A DNA stretch of 63,920 bases, filler included, from Octopus bimaculoides (taxonomy: Eukaryota): the NCBI RefSeq assembly GCF_001194135.2. It is 7 parts of 7 records of this genome, joined end to end, with 100 filler letters (N's around TTAATTAATTAA, not from the genome) between each part and the next. Parts side by side here need not be neighbours in the genome. Positions count along the whole stretch, not along the records: positions 1 to 30,302 come from NC_068983.1; 6 more parts are not named here. One strand, given 5' to 3'. Positions 11,130-23,741 of this stretch are shown piece by piece. The notes under the pieces were generated by a model. That model was not told where the DNA came from. It saw nothing but the letters and a program-made list of their open reading frames with translations, and made no database searches. Each line of letters begins with the position of its first letter. Positions within the stretch are counted from its first letter, which is position 1. A program made the position numbers and the translations under genes.

Positions 11130-12560
11130 TAGAGGCCACTAAATCTGTCAGCCTTAAGAAATGTATGCATAAAGAAGGCATTCTTAACATGTTTAATAGT
11201 TAACAACCTTAATCTGTAACTACAGCATCTATAGGATGACTTGGTTTAGGATATAGCATGTTTAAATCCGGCTATACTCAGAAATAGAAATTGTAGGTAT
11301 TAGAGCAAAACTGATGCAAATAAAAGATGAAAGTTATATCAGAGGGATTGTATGAATTAGTTATAAGGATTCCTTAAATATCAAGACACATCAACATGTA
11401 AGACAACAGAAAATGGCAAGGTACAAACATATAGAGCTCACAGGGAAATAAAACAACATTGCAGACATCAAGTGCTGACAAGATACCTCAGATATCTAAT
11501 TTGTGATCATCAATCCGACTTACTAGTGGATCCTTTGTGTGGCATAAATATAAAATAGTATACACGATTGGCGCTTAAAATTTACGACTGCTGTTTTGGT
11601 TAAATTCATTTAATACAGTCATAAAAGATTATATAATAATAAATAATCCAACATCATCAGGTAAAATTTTAAACAGGTAAGGTTTTAAGCTGTCGACTTG
11701 AACATATAATCAAATAAAAGCAGTAAGCTGGAAGAATTGTTACGGCATCCGACAAAATGCTTAGCAGCAATTCTTTCGGCTATTTATACCCTAATTTCAA
11801 ATAGCACCGAGTTCAGTTTCACCTTTCATCCTTTCAGTGTCGATAAAATAAATTACGAGCAAAGTATGGGGCTCGATGTAATCGACTATCAACCCCAACA
11901 CCACCACCACCACCACCACCAAAATTTCTTGCATTTTGTCAAATGCTGAAGCAATTATATGTAACCAAATATATAACGGTGACTTAGCGGAATCATGAGA
12001 GCGTTGGATAGAATACCATGCGGTATTGATTTTGAAAACATGTGCTCGGAGTTCAAGCCCCACCGAAGATAATTTTGTCTTTTATCCTTTAGGAATTTAT
12101 AAAATAATAGCAACAGCAGTTGAAGAAAAAATGTTTCTTTATCAATTCAGAAAGAGAACAGATGCCAAAAATATATGAAGATGTAAAAGAATTTGCAAGG
12201 CCATGTATTTGTCTTCCAGCAACACGCAGTTACCATAGAGAGATGGTAAGATAATACCAACATGGTTCTGTGATCTTTTCATACCCCTTTTCTCTTCCCA
12301 GGTGAACAGCTGAGCAACTAATTTTGGGTTGTCTTGTAAATATTTCAAAATGTCTGCAAATTTGATCTCATAGTAACCAAACTGCTTGTAAGGAACTTTG
12401 TTATTTTTTTTTTCCAGTTCTTTGCGTTCTGAGAGTAAACTCTGCGGCGGTAATGCCGCTTAGCAGTACATATCCACGGGTTTTCCATTCAATAAACATC
12501 GACCGCATGGATAAAGTAGACATATATGGATGTGCAGCTAATAGTTTTCCCAAAAGATCT
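11130..12560 (-). pseudogene. GAPVD1: Decayed copy of GAPVD1 (GAPex-5/RME-6), N-terminal RasGAP region, with frameshifts, stops, internal deletions and SINE insertions
   Basis: Minus-strand translation YKQFGYYEIKFADILKYLQDNPKLVAQ...ILPSLYGNCVLLEDKYMALQILLHL (12390-12180) vs human YKQLGFQETAYGEFLSRLRENPRLIAS...VFTSLYGNCIMQEDESYLLQVLRYL. Collinear downstream motifs: KGS (11536-11528), FYFPVS~YCFPHS (11453-11436), FIC (11324-11316), ISE-IAGF~INEVARF, LNQVIL*ML~LMQVGRLLQQL (11249-11223). There is a +1 frameshift near 12420. Comparison made by eye. Confidence 0.85.
11795..12110 (+). mobile_element. Two copies of a second tRNA-derived SINE family (TTCAAATTCCGCCGAGGTCGACTTTGCCTTTCATCC type), inserted within the GAPVD1 relic
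   Basis: CCTTTCATCCTTTCAGTGTCGATAAAAT...GATGTAATCGACT at 11820-11890 and GAGTTCAAGCCCCACCGAAG...CTTTTATCCTTTAGG at 12048-12095. Confidence 0.7.
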
Positions 12561-12614
12561 TTTATCTAACACATCGTCATAGTGACGATTTTACGGATAG
12601 TACTGGATATCATT

Positions 12615-12915
12615 CGTATTATTGCTAAATTTTGGCACAAGGCTAGAAATTTCTGGGGATCGTGTAAATCGATTATATCGAATCCAGTGATTAACTGTTG
12701 ATTATTTTATTGACTCCAAAAGGCAAAGTCGACATCGGAGGAATTTGAATTCGGAACGTGAACACGGACGAAATGTTGCGAAGCATTTTGCTCACTCGGC
12801 GCCTTACTATGTACAATAACAGTTCTTTCTACGACAGGCAGAAAGCCTGAAATTTGGGGCAGGGTTTAAGTCGAAGTTGAACACAAAATTTTGCTCGGCG
12901 TGATAACAGTTTTGG
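12615..12915 (-). mobile_element. Two diverged reverse copies of the second SINE family
   Basis: AGGCAAAGTCGACATCGGAGGAATTTGAATTCGGAACG and TTTCTACGACAGGCAGAAAGCCTGAAATTTGGGG tail motifs. Confidence 0.65.
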
Positions 12916-13155
12916 CACCTCATCCCCAGGACCCTGTAATAAATCTAGTATCAAACTAATAAATTATTCTTTCCTTAGATTAAACCGTTTACTGGGGGCC
13001 AAATAGAAACAGGACCTTTCACTGATGGATTCAGTCTAACCAAAGGACACCACTCCTTACTTGATTTCAAGTCTTTTATCAGTCGAATACATCAAAAGCG
13101 TAATCATAAAATAACACAGAACAAAGAATAACACCGACAGACATACAGACAGACA

Positions 13156-13224
<69 letters not shown>

Positions 13225-13944
13225 ATATATATATGTATATATAGATATATATATCCACACGCGTACAGATGTGTATAAACAATAATATATATGTATATGT
13301 AAATATATATGGGTATGCCTGCGTGCGTGAGTGTATGTGTGTGTGTGTATGTGTGTATGTGCGTGTGTGCGTGTGTGTGTATGTTTGTGTGTTTGCGTGT
13401 GTGTGTGTGTGTGTGTGCGTGTGTGTGAGCGCGTGCAAAACTGAAAAAAGTTTAAACATACTTTGAAATTTTAAACATCGATTCGAATGTCGGAACACTC
13501 TCACTCGCTCTTTCTCTCCCCCTCTCTCACTCCCTTTTTCTCTCTCTNNNNNNNNNNATATATATATATATACATATGTATATATACATACACTCACACA
13601 CACACTCACACCCACGCATAGAGTAGTATAGACACAATAATAGGATAATATTCAAGAACGAATAAGTAGTTAGATCTATGCAGCGAACGAAGATGAGTGC
13701 GATTAAAAAGACGCCTCGTTTTATTACTCATCGACAATAAGTTTGTCTTAATATATTCTGATGCATACATCTTGAACATCAAATTTAAATTTTGGCCACA
13801 ATGTATGCAATGTTTGATTGGGTTTTTCTATGGCTTACGAATGTGATGAATTCTTTCACCATCTCACTTGTTGTTTATTTACTTTCTTTTGTTTATAGTT
13901 GTTTTGCTTTTGCTCTGCGTCATTACTTTTCGTCGTGTATAGAG

Positions 13945-13988
<44 letters not shown>

Positions 13989-14848
13989 NNNNNNNNNNNN
14001 NNNNNNNNNNNNNNNNNNNNNNNNNNNNNNNNNNNNNNNNNNNNNNNNNNNNNNNNNNNNNNNNNNNNNNNNNNNNNNNNNNNNNNNNNNNNNNNNNNNN
14101 NNNNNNNNNNNNNNNNNNNNNNNNNNNNNNNNNNNNNNNNNNNNNNNNNNNNNNNNNNNNNNNNNNNNNNNNNNNNNNNNNNNNNNNNNNNNNNNNNNNN
14201 NNNNNNNNNNNNNNNNNNNNNNNNNNNNNNNNNNNNNNNNNNNNNNNNNNNNNNNNNNNNNNNNNNNNNNNNNNNNNNNNNNNNNNNNNNNNNNNNNNNN
14301 NNNNNNNNNNNNNNNNNNNNNNNNNNNNNNNNNNNNNNNNNNNNNNNNNNNNNNNNNNNNNNNNNNNNNNNNNNNNNNNNNNNNNNNNNNNNNNNNNNNN
14401 NNNNNNNNNNNNNNNNNNNNNNNNNNNNNNNNNNNNNNNNNNNNNNNNNNNNNNNNNNNNNNNNNNNNNNNNNNNNNNNNNNNNNNNNNNNNNNNNNNNN
14501 NNNNNNNNNNNNNNNNNNNNNNNNNNNNNNNNNNNNNNNNNNNNNNNNNNNNNNNNNNNNNNNNNNNNNNNNNNNNNNNNNNNNNNNNNNNNNNNNNNNN
14601 NNNNNNNNNNNNNNNNNNNNNNNNNNNNNNNNNNNNNNNNNNNNNNNNNNNNNNNNNNNNNNNNNNNNNNNNNNNNNNNNNNNNNNNNNNNNNNNNNNNN
14701 NNNNNNNNNNNNNNNNNNNNNNNNNNNNNNNNNNNNNNNNNNNNNNNNNNNNNNNNNNNNNNNNNNNNNNNNNNNNNNNNNNNNNNNNNNNNNNNNNNNN
14801 NNNNNNNNNNNNNNNNNNNNNNNNNNNNNNNNNNNNNNNNNNNNNNNN

Positions 14849-14901
<53 letters not shown>

Positions 14902-15490
14902 CGGAAACACGTATATATATGTTTATACGTTTCTATATTTACACACACTCACACAAACATGCGTGCACATACACACATATATATATATGTATGTTTGTAT
15001 ATCTATATATGTATGTAAACATGCATATATATCTATATATATACACACTTACACACACATAAACACACACACAAGTGCAAACACCCAATCACACATAAGC
15101 ACATATATACGCTTAGGGAGGCGCATTCGATTTTCTTCTAAATAATTTCTTGTCTTTCGTTTCTTTTTTTTTTTTTCTTATGTTCTTTTACTTGTGAAAC
15201 CTTAGAACACATTCTCTATGTTATGACACATCACGTGGATATAGTTTTCCCTTTGTTCTTTCCTGAAACTGAAATTATAATACTGCGATCCCGCATTGCG
15301 ATCTATCGATCAGTCCAACAATGAATCTATCTGCTTATATGTAAGTATTGTAAATATAATACATTTACAGAGGCACATACAGGAGTGGTGATGTGAAACA
15401 CCTCAGACTGATGAAATCCGAAGAACCACGGTAGTGCTCCAGCATGACCGTATCGCATGGCTGAAACAAGTAAAAGAGTAAAAGAACATA

Positions 15491-15525
<35 letters not shown>

Positions 15526-16168
15526 NNNNNNNNNNNNNNNNNNNNNNNNNNNNNNNNNNNNNNNNNNNNNNNNNNNNNNNNNNNNNNNNNNNNNNNNNNN
15601 NNNNNNNNNNNNNNNNNNNNNNNNNNNNNNNNNNNNNNNNNNNNNNNNNNNNNNNNNNNNNNNNNNNNNNNNNNNNNNNNNNNNNNNNNNNNNNNNNNNN
15701 NNNNNNNNNNNNNNNNNNNNNNNNNNNNNNNNNNNNNNNNNNNNNNNNNNNNNNNNNNNNNNNNNNNNNNNNNNNNNNNNNNNNNNNNNNNNNNNNNNNN
15801 NNNNNNNNNNNNNNNNNNNNNNNNNNNNNNNNNNNNNNNNNNNNNNNNNNNNNNNNNNNNNNNNNNNNNNNNNNNNNNNNNNNNNNNNNNNNNNNNNNNN
15901 NNNNNNNNNNNNNNNNNNNNNNNNNNNNNNNNNNNNNNNNNNNNNNNNNNNNNNNNNNNNNNNNNNNNNNNNNNNNNNNNNNNNNNNNNNNNNNNNNNNN
16001 NNNNNNNNNNNNNNNNNNNNNNNNATATATATATATATACATACATATATATATGATCTGCATATATGTTATATATGTATACATACAATGCATACACACA
16101 CGCCGTGTGCGAACACAAATATACATATTTTGTATTCTCTTTATGTACATGTTTTCTGAATAGCTAAC

Positions 16169-16200
<32 letters not shown>

Positions 16201-16299
16201 TACTTTTTTGTCACTCCCACCCCAAATTCATTAAATCCAGATACCCACTTCCTTGAACTATGAGTGACCGAGATCACAACATTCCTTCCTAAACCAGAC

Positions 16300-16815
16300 G
16301 TCGGTTTGTTGCACGGTTCAAGGACTACAAATTGTACGAGTGAGGAACAATCCAAATTGTAAGGGAGAGGAACAGTTATTTGAATATCTCCGAAATGATT
16401 AAAGGCAAGTTGATCGCAGCTGATTTTGAACTCAGAACGTTAAGGGCCTGCAGATATGTCATAAAGTATTTTCTCCGACGCGCTGACGATTCTGCCAGCC
16501 CGTAGCTTTGACTGAGATTTTATATAACAATTGTTTTCAAAGAGAAGTTTGGGAGTTATGTTACATCATCTATTACTGTATATATTCTCAATAAATAAAT
16601 GAATAAATAGTGGTTGAACATTTTGGAATAAGACCAGCAATTTCGGGGGAGGCGGTAAGTCGATTGCATAGACCCCTGAGTTCAGTTGGTACTTACTTAG
16701 TCGACCCTGAAACGATAAAAGGCAGAGCCGACCTCGGCGTAATTTGAACTCAGAGCGTAAAGACGGACAAAATACAGCTAAGCAATTTCCCCGCGCGCTA
16801 ACGATCCTGCTAGAT
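16300..16815 (-). mobile_element. Two reverse copies of the second SINE family
   Basis: TTTTGAACTCAGAACGTTAAG at ~16425; GGCAGAGCCGACCTCGGCGTAATTTGAACTCAGAGCG at 16721-16757. Confidence 0.7.
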
Positions 16816-16929
16816 CAGCGGTGTTTCTAAAAAATAGGTCAGCAACCGCGACAGAATCGAACACTGTACCTGTCAAATTCCAGCAAAACACTCTGTACCT
16901 TCAGGTTAAGCGATTCCTACTAATAGATA

Positions 16930-16952
16930 GGCAGACAGACATACAGATACAC

Positions 16953-17006
<54 letters not shown>

Positions 17007-17028
17007 TTAGATAGATAGATAGATAGAT
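16930..17028. repeat. (GATA)n microsatellite
   Basis: Seen directly. Confidence 0.95.
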
Positions 17029-17029
17029 C

Positions 17030-17866
17030 AATATAAAGCCTCAAAGCAGCTTTATTATACAATGGAAATCAGCATTCATCCCTCTCTATTGAAAACTCAA
17101 TACAGATGAAGGAAGAATATGACGATGAAAAAGAGCTTCTTGAGAAAGTAAACTATAAGTTTAAATGGGATGTTCGTTGTGATTTAGAATGTTACGGGTG
17201 GTATATTTACTGGACCACAAATAAGGAAAATGCTGAGATCGGTAAAATTTGGAAATGAGATGAGTGACCTAGAAAGAGAGGTATGGTGTGCATTTCGAGA
17301 TATTGCCAATGCATTCCTTGGTAATAACAAACACCCAAACTACAAGCAGCTCGTAGCAAAACTTATGGAGAGTTATAAGAATTTAAGCTGTAGAATGTCA
17401 TTGAAGGTACACTTTTTGCATTCACATTTCGAGTTTTTTTTTTTCGTGAAAACTTAGGCCAAGTAAGTGAGGAACATGGTGAGAGATTCCATCAGGATAT
17501 TGCTATGATGGAGAAAAGATACCAAGGAAGATGGAACATTATATATATATGGGCATTGGTGCGTACAGATATAGGGGCTCACAGTAGGAAAGCACAGTCT
17601 TCGGTGCATTTCTAGTAAAATATTATAATCTCATCATAGTTTTTGCTTACATATCTCATTAGTTTAAAAACTAAATATTAGGACAAAATATTTTTAGTTC
17701 CTATTAACTTACAATGTGAATAAGTTGAATAAAGGACTATCAGAATCATCATATCCTAAAATATCAACGCTATCCAGTTTTCCAGGGTAGTTTTGAAATC
17801 AGGAGAAAAATATTACCTTAGAGAAACTAAAAACATTTAGACAAGCAACAATTGTGTTACCCAGTG
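17030..17866 (+). mobile_element. DNA transposon remnant, Chapaev3/CMC-like: internally deleted transposase C-terminus plus 3' terminus
   Basis: Decayed [12 protein letters not shown]...MKEEYDDEKELLEKVNY..WDVRCDL, then LEREVWCAFRDIANAFLGNNKHPNYKQLVAKLMESYKNLSCRMSLKVHFLHSH, then frameshifted LGQVSEEHGERFHQDIAMMEKRYQGRW. The element ends ...GTTACCCAGTG at 17866 (CACTG-type terminus). Superfamily assignment is from memory of these motifs. Confidence 0.7.
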
Positions 17867-17940
17867 TAATTAAAGGAGTCGTTAGAAACGGCCGTAATGG
17901 GCTGACACCTATACCTCTACTGCTACTAATTGGTAATTGG

Positions 17941-17990
<50 letters not shown>

Positions 17991-18647
17991 NNNNNNNNNN
18001 NNNNNNNNNNNNNNNNNNNNNNNNNNNNNNNNNNNNNNNNNNNNNNNNNNNNNNNNNNNNNNNNNNNNNNNNNNNNNNNNNNNNNNNNNNNNNNNNNNNN
18101 NNNNNNNNNNNNNNNNNNNNNNNNNNNNNNNNNNNNNNNNNNNNNNNNNNNNNNNNNNNNNNNNNNNNNNNNNNNNNNNNNNNNNNNNNNNNNNNNNNNN
18201 NNNNNNNNNNNNNNNNNNNNNNNNNNNNNNNNNNNNNNNNNNNNNNNNNNNNNNNNNNNNNNNNNNNNNNNNNNNNNNNNNNNNNNNNNNNNNNNNNNNN
18301 NNNNNNNNNNNNNNNNNNNNNNNNNNNNNNNNNNNNNNNNNNNNNNNNNNNNNNNNNNNNNNNNNNNNNNNNNNNNNNNNNNNNNNNNNNNNNNNNNNNN
18401 NNNNNNNNNNNNNNNNNNNNNNNNNNNNNNNNNNNNNNNNNNNNNNNNNNNNNNNNNNNNNNNNNNNNNNNNNNNNNNNNNNNNNNNNNNNNNNNNNNNN
18501 NNNNNNNNNNNNNNNNNNNNNNNNNNNNNNNNNNNNNNNNNNNNNNNNNNNNNNNNNNNNNNNNNNNNNNNNNNNNNNNNNNNNNNNNNNNNNNNNNNNN
18601 NNNNNNNNNNNNNNNNNNNNNNNNNNNNNNNNNNNNNNNNNNNNNNN

Positions 18648-18783
18648 GTACGATCGTTTCACAGTTAAGAGTAAAGAATACTCTATTCTGATCTTCAGCT
18701 AAATATTCCAACAAATTTATTGGAATATTTAGCTGAAGATCAGAATAGAGTATTCTTTACTCTTAACTGTGAAACGATCGTAC
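18648..18783. repeat. Perfect inverted repeat, 64-bp arms, 8-nt spacer
   Basis: 18648-18711 is the exact reverse complement of 18720-18783; spacer CAAATTTA. It starts at a gap edge. Confidence 0.95.
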
Positions 18784-19055
18784 TAAATTAACTAAAGGCA
18801 GGTGATTTTTTTACTCTTCTCTACTGTTTTTTGTTCTGTGTGTATCAAAAATATCGCTATCAATCTGGAGTAATAATTTGTAGTTTTGAAATCAGTAGTT
18901 CTTTGACTGCTATTTCTGAATTCTCAGTATGTTGGAGAAGCAGGTTACTGTCAATCCCTATATATTTATGATTATATATATATATATGTATGTATGTATG
19001 TATGTAGCACAGGGGGAAATATTGTACTCTACTACGTTCTTTATATAATATACCA

Positions 19056-19099
<44 letters not shown>

Positions 19100-19583
19100 C
19101 ATACATACATATATATATGTATGTATACATACGTGTATGTGTATGTGTGTAGATGTATATGTGTACATGTAAGACATACTTCCACACAGCGTATGTCAAG
19201 ACCATTCACTCAAAATACATTAATCAGCTTGGGACTAATGCAGAAGCAACGTACCCAATGTGTTGTGCTGTGGGATTCAACCCGAAACCACGTGTTTTCC
19301 AATGGAGTTTTTTAACCGCACGACTATGTCAACGCCTTATGTGGTGCACTTTTAAGACGCTCAATTCCAAATGTTGTCTTAATTGGTTGAATGCTGTAGT
19401 CTTCAATGAATCAAGATTCTGCGTTACTTCTAGATTGTCAAACATTTTTCTTTTCTTTTTGAAGGCTAAAAAAATATATTGCGAGTTTATTATGATTGCA
19501 TTTCTTTTAGGGATTAATATACTTGGATAGATTCTGATGCTACTGCTAATATTATCTACGCACATGCACACACATACACACGT

Positions 19584-19620
<37 letters not shown>

Positions 19621-20562
19621 TATACGCGCACATACACGCGTACATGTGCCCACAGATATATACATGCACATTGTTATGCATCTCTGCATATGTATATATG
19701 TGTATATGTGTATCCATATATGTGTGTGAGTGTATGTCTATATGTGCATATGTATATCGATGTATATATATTTACATGTGTGTATGTGTGTGTATACATA
19801 TACATGGTGAAAAAGACTCGTAGAAACGCACACAAGTTTGGTGATTCACACGTATACTCACACACACACGTATAACTTACATACACAAACACAATGAACG
19901 GAAGTAATAAGCGGCGCTAAACATAAGTCCTACGGTCTACATAAGCCAACAGCCTGTAGGTGTTGTCTATTCTTAATAAAATAGTAGTGAAATTTTCTTC
20001 AGATTACACCCATCTGAACAGCTGCAATGACTGGGTTGTGAAAAACCTACTGCCTCTCTTTCCATTGTAAACTGAATACCTTTCTTTTCAGACGTAAATC
20101 AAATTTACGAAATCAATATTTGTTACAGAATGAAGTAACACAATTACACAGAAGAAAAATGAAATCCGGTGTATAAAACTTAACTTGAATTAGAATACAA
20201 TAGCCACCTACGTATCATACTTAATGTAGATATACACCAGTGACTAGCAAGATGCAGCTAATATCAGTGAATGTATCTCATATATCATTGCACCTCATAC
20301 ATAGGAGACGGCCCATCTCGTCTTGGCATATGGCTGTAAGTACACGTTATTGACAAGCCCTAAGAAAGCTAATGCATTTGATGTTCTCGCTAGCCGCTTC
20401 TCGGACGATTTGTCTGTCTTCCCCTGATACATGATTTGCTTTTACATAGCTAGTCTATGTGATATTCCATTTTGCATGAAAATCGCAGTCTCTTGCATAT
20501 GAATGGTGTACAAACATTATGTATAATACATCGATGACTAATCTAAAAAATTTTTATAATTA

Positions 20563-20975
20563 GGCGCAGGAGTGGCTGTGTGGTAAGTAGCTTGCTTACC
20601 CAACCACATGGTTCCTAGTTCAATCCCACTGCGTGGCACCCTGGGCAAGTGTCTTCTACTATAGTAACGGGCCGACCAAAGCCTTTTGAGTGGATTTGGT
20701 AGACGGAAACTGAAAGAAGCCCGTCGTATATATGTATATATATGTATGTTTGTGTGTCTGTGCTTGCCCCCCCCCCCTCAACATCGCTTGACAACCGATG
20801 CTGGTGTGTTTACGTCCCCGTAACTTAGCGGTTTGGCATAAGAGACCGATGGAATAAGTACTAGGCTTACAAAGAATAAGTCCTGGGGTCGATTTGCTCG
20901 ACTAAAGGCCGTGCTCCAGCATGGCCGCAGTCAAATGACTGAAACAAGTAAAAGAGTAAAAGAGTAAAAGAGTAA
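20563..20975 (+). mobile_element. Full-length CORE-type tRNA-derived SINE with (AGTAAAAG)n tail and candidate 6-bp TSD
   Basis: Head GGCGCAGGAGTGGCTGTGTGGTAAG, CORE-like CTGGGCAAGTG, central microsatellite and tail GAAACAAGTAAAAGAGTAAAAGAG. TAATTA occurs at both 20557-20562 and 20973-20978. Confidence 0.9.
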
Positions 20976-22029
20976 TTATACTTAGCTTCGTCCTTATTGT
21001 AGTCACACTCGACATTTGTTGAAACTCACTGACCAGTTTTGTTTGTGATGTTAGTTTGATTTTCTATTGTATGAATTTCAGCCATTTTAATATCGACAAG
21101 TTGTTTGAAAGTTAAAAATTATTTGTGACATTTTCTTTTGGCTTTTTACACACTGAGTTCAAATACTGATGAGTTTAACTTCGTAGCTTTTCCCTGCGAA
21201 ATACATAAAAAATGTAAGTCTAGAAATGAAATCGTTGGGCTCGTCTAACTCTCCCTTATCACAAAATTACAGGCCTTGTACCTCAATCAGAAGTCATTAT
21301 TTCATTTAATTCTCTCGGCGTGTTCCCTTCGATTCAAAAAATTTACCCATCCATCCTACAGATTCCTCTCACTGGTTAGAATGTGGAATAAGCAAAACGG
21401 CAAATTGAGTCATCAGTAATTCATCTATTTAATTGTTTATTTATGTGTTTATTTGAAGAGAGGTTTTAAAACAATATGACACATCGCTTGACGGTGGATA
21501 TGGCTTAAATATATTAAAAATTTATGTTATATATTATTTGATATACCTGTATTTTCCTATAGACTTCATGTTCATGCCATTGGTCACTTTGAGTAAGTTC
21601 TTTCTGCCGGTTCTTATGCAAATTTTCTATGTTACACATATGTTCTGTTCTTGTATAAGTTTCAGTCAGTTGGCTGCTGATGACAAGGTTGGACAGCAGC
21701 CGTGGTGATGATGCTTATGCAGGTAGAAACACATGACCACGGTTGTCTCCTTATCGTCGAGCAATAAACAATGTCCTTTTTCTTAAATGCATATCAATTC
21801 TTGATTTTTGAGATTGCCTCCTTTTCTTATATGGAGTTGATCTCAATTGCTGTTTAATAATTGTGACATACGACTTGAAAGCGGAAATGGTTTCAATAAA
21901 CAAGAATTTATGTAGTAAAGTATTTAATACGCCATTATTTATCCATTCAATGGTGTTCCTAAACTATGGATTGGATAGATGATAGAGAATCACTGAAAAA
22001 AAGTTTCTTTGTTGATATATTGAGGCCAT

Positions 22030-22202
22030 GCTGGGGTACCATATTGAAGATTTTTTAATCGAATGAATCGATACTAGTACTTGTTTGTTTTCTAGTTTGT
22101 TTTTTTTTCTTCTTTTTTAAGGCTTGGTACTTATGCTAAGTAATGATTATGTAAACACACCAACTCCAATGGTCGAGCGGTGATGGAGGACAAACACAGG
22201 CA

Positions 22203-22236
<34 letters not shown>

Positions 22237-22280
22237 TGCATGCGTGTATGTATACATATGTATACATATGTTCATAAATA
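22030..22280 (-). mobile_element. CORE-type SINE 3' part, diverged
   Basis: GGCCATGCTGGGGTACC...AATCGA...GGACAAACACAGGCAC...GACGAGCTTCTTT. Confidence 0.6.
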
Positions 22281-22794
22281 CGACGAGCTTCTTTAGAATC
22301 CAGGTTACATATGTTTCTTAGCCAAAAGAACCTTGGAAGTACTAATTATCCAGAGTACAAATTAACCCCTGCTGCTAGGCGTAAGCTATAAAACAATTTT
22401 TTCAGCTTTTCGAACTTCGATGCGAGAAAAATTTACATCCTTCCATGTCAATATACCACTATTTTCCTTGAAAGTTGTGTTTTATACCTTCTACGGACTA
22501 CTCGAAGCTTATTACCTGCCTACACCTTGATATTTGGATCTTACCTTTACATATATATATATATATATATATATANNNNNNNNNNTAGAGCCAACAAGGA
22601 GTACGGCTAGACAGCTATTTAATAAACACTACACATGTTTCGATACAACATAAATCCACATATACACAATGTTTAAGCAACAGTTTACCTGTATAATAAT
22701 AGGATCCAGTTGTATTTCCTCAAGTGATATATAATTGCCGCCCTGTTAGTAAACCTCTGACTTCGATGCTAACACACACAAACACACACACTCC

Positions 22795-23100
22795 GTCGGT
22801 CACGACGACGAGGGTTCCTGTTAATCCGATCAACGGAACAGTCTGCTCGTGAAATTAAGCGTGCAAGTGGCTGAGCACTCCACAGACACGTGTACCCTTA
22901 ATGTAGTTCTTGGGGAGATTGAACGTGACACAGAGTGAGACGAGGCTGGCCCTTTGAAATACAGGTACGACTCATTTTTGCCAGTTGAGCGGACTGGAAC
23001 AACGTAAAATAAAGTGTCTTTCTCAAGGATACAACGCTTTTCTGGGAACTGAACCAACAATCCTACGATTGTTAGCCGAATAGCTTAACCACTAAGTTAC
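22795..23100 (-). mobile_element. tRNA-derived SINE with a Deu/Nin-like central domain
   Basis: Reverse complement of GGTACACGTGTCTGTGGAGTGCTCAGCCACTTGCACG...AATTTCACGAGC; same family as 43905-44270 and 60809-61190. Confidence 0.8.
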
Positions 23101-23741
23101 TGACTGGGCTTTCGTCGCCCCACGGCTATAGTAGAAGGCAACTTGCCAAAGGGCAAAGCAGTGGGGGTTAACCATGAATCATGTCGTTGGGAAACAAGCT
23201 TCTTACCACACTACCATATAAAAGATCATGATCGGCAGTGAAGTACTTTTTTTGTATAAGCGAACACAAATTTTTATACAAAACTGAAAGAAAATCTGGA
23301 GTTTGTAATGATTCGAACTCATGCATCACATATAATTACGGAATCCTACTAGTTTCTAGTCACATGGTGTATTATTGAACGAAACCACGTCTTACTATTC
23401 TCGTGTGGGTAAATAGTAAAAATTAGCAACCGGATATTCAATGGCAAACGTCCAGATTTAATAAAACTATCTCCGTCGACATGCCGCTTAGTTTAATTCT
23501 GCAGCAACATTTCTCCTTCAACACCTTACGACACCACAGCTCCCATCATCATCATCATCATCATCATCATACCCTTCTCCACTTCCTCTTCGTCGCCCTC
23601 CTCCTCCTTATCATCATTATCGTCGTCATCAAGTTAACATATGATCAAGATGCGTAATAACACTTCTATAGATCGTATGTCGAGTATAGGGCAAAATTAA
23701 CTGTGAATTTCAATTAATTACACTGAAACAACACTGTAAAT

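Noticed and set aside
12246-12301. Apparent 56-nt plus-strand intron (GTAAGA...TTTTCTCTTCCCAG) with flanking exons
   Set aside because: It lies antisense to the GAPVD1-matching frame, which explains the sequence far better; the spliced product stops after 3 codons.
1024-18714. Long ORFs (250-450 aa) in the track spanning N-runs and (TA)n/(CA)n repeats
   Set aside because: They are open only because N codons and dinucleotide repeats contain no stops; the same applies to similar ORFs at 28.5-29.7, 42.5-43.6, 49.7-50.4 and 55.3-58.2 kb.
20563-20640. tRNA-like heads of SINEs here and at 6750, 9515, 16830, 26585, 47740 and 60809 as tRNA genes
   Set aside because: They have A/B-box-like motifs but no complete cloverleaf or acceptor stem, and they continue into SINE bodies.
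21697-21745. Hairpin CAGCCGTGGT/ACCACGGTTG enclosing TGATGA and ATGA (C/D box, K-turn or SECIS-like)
   Set aside because: The D box is not CTGA, bulge geometry and internal pairing do not fit a K-turn or SECIS, and it is too short for a guide snoRNA.
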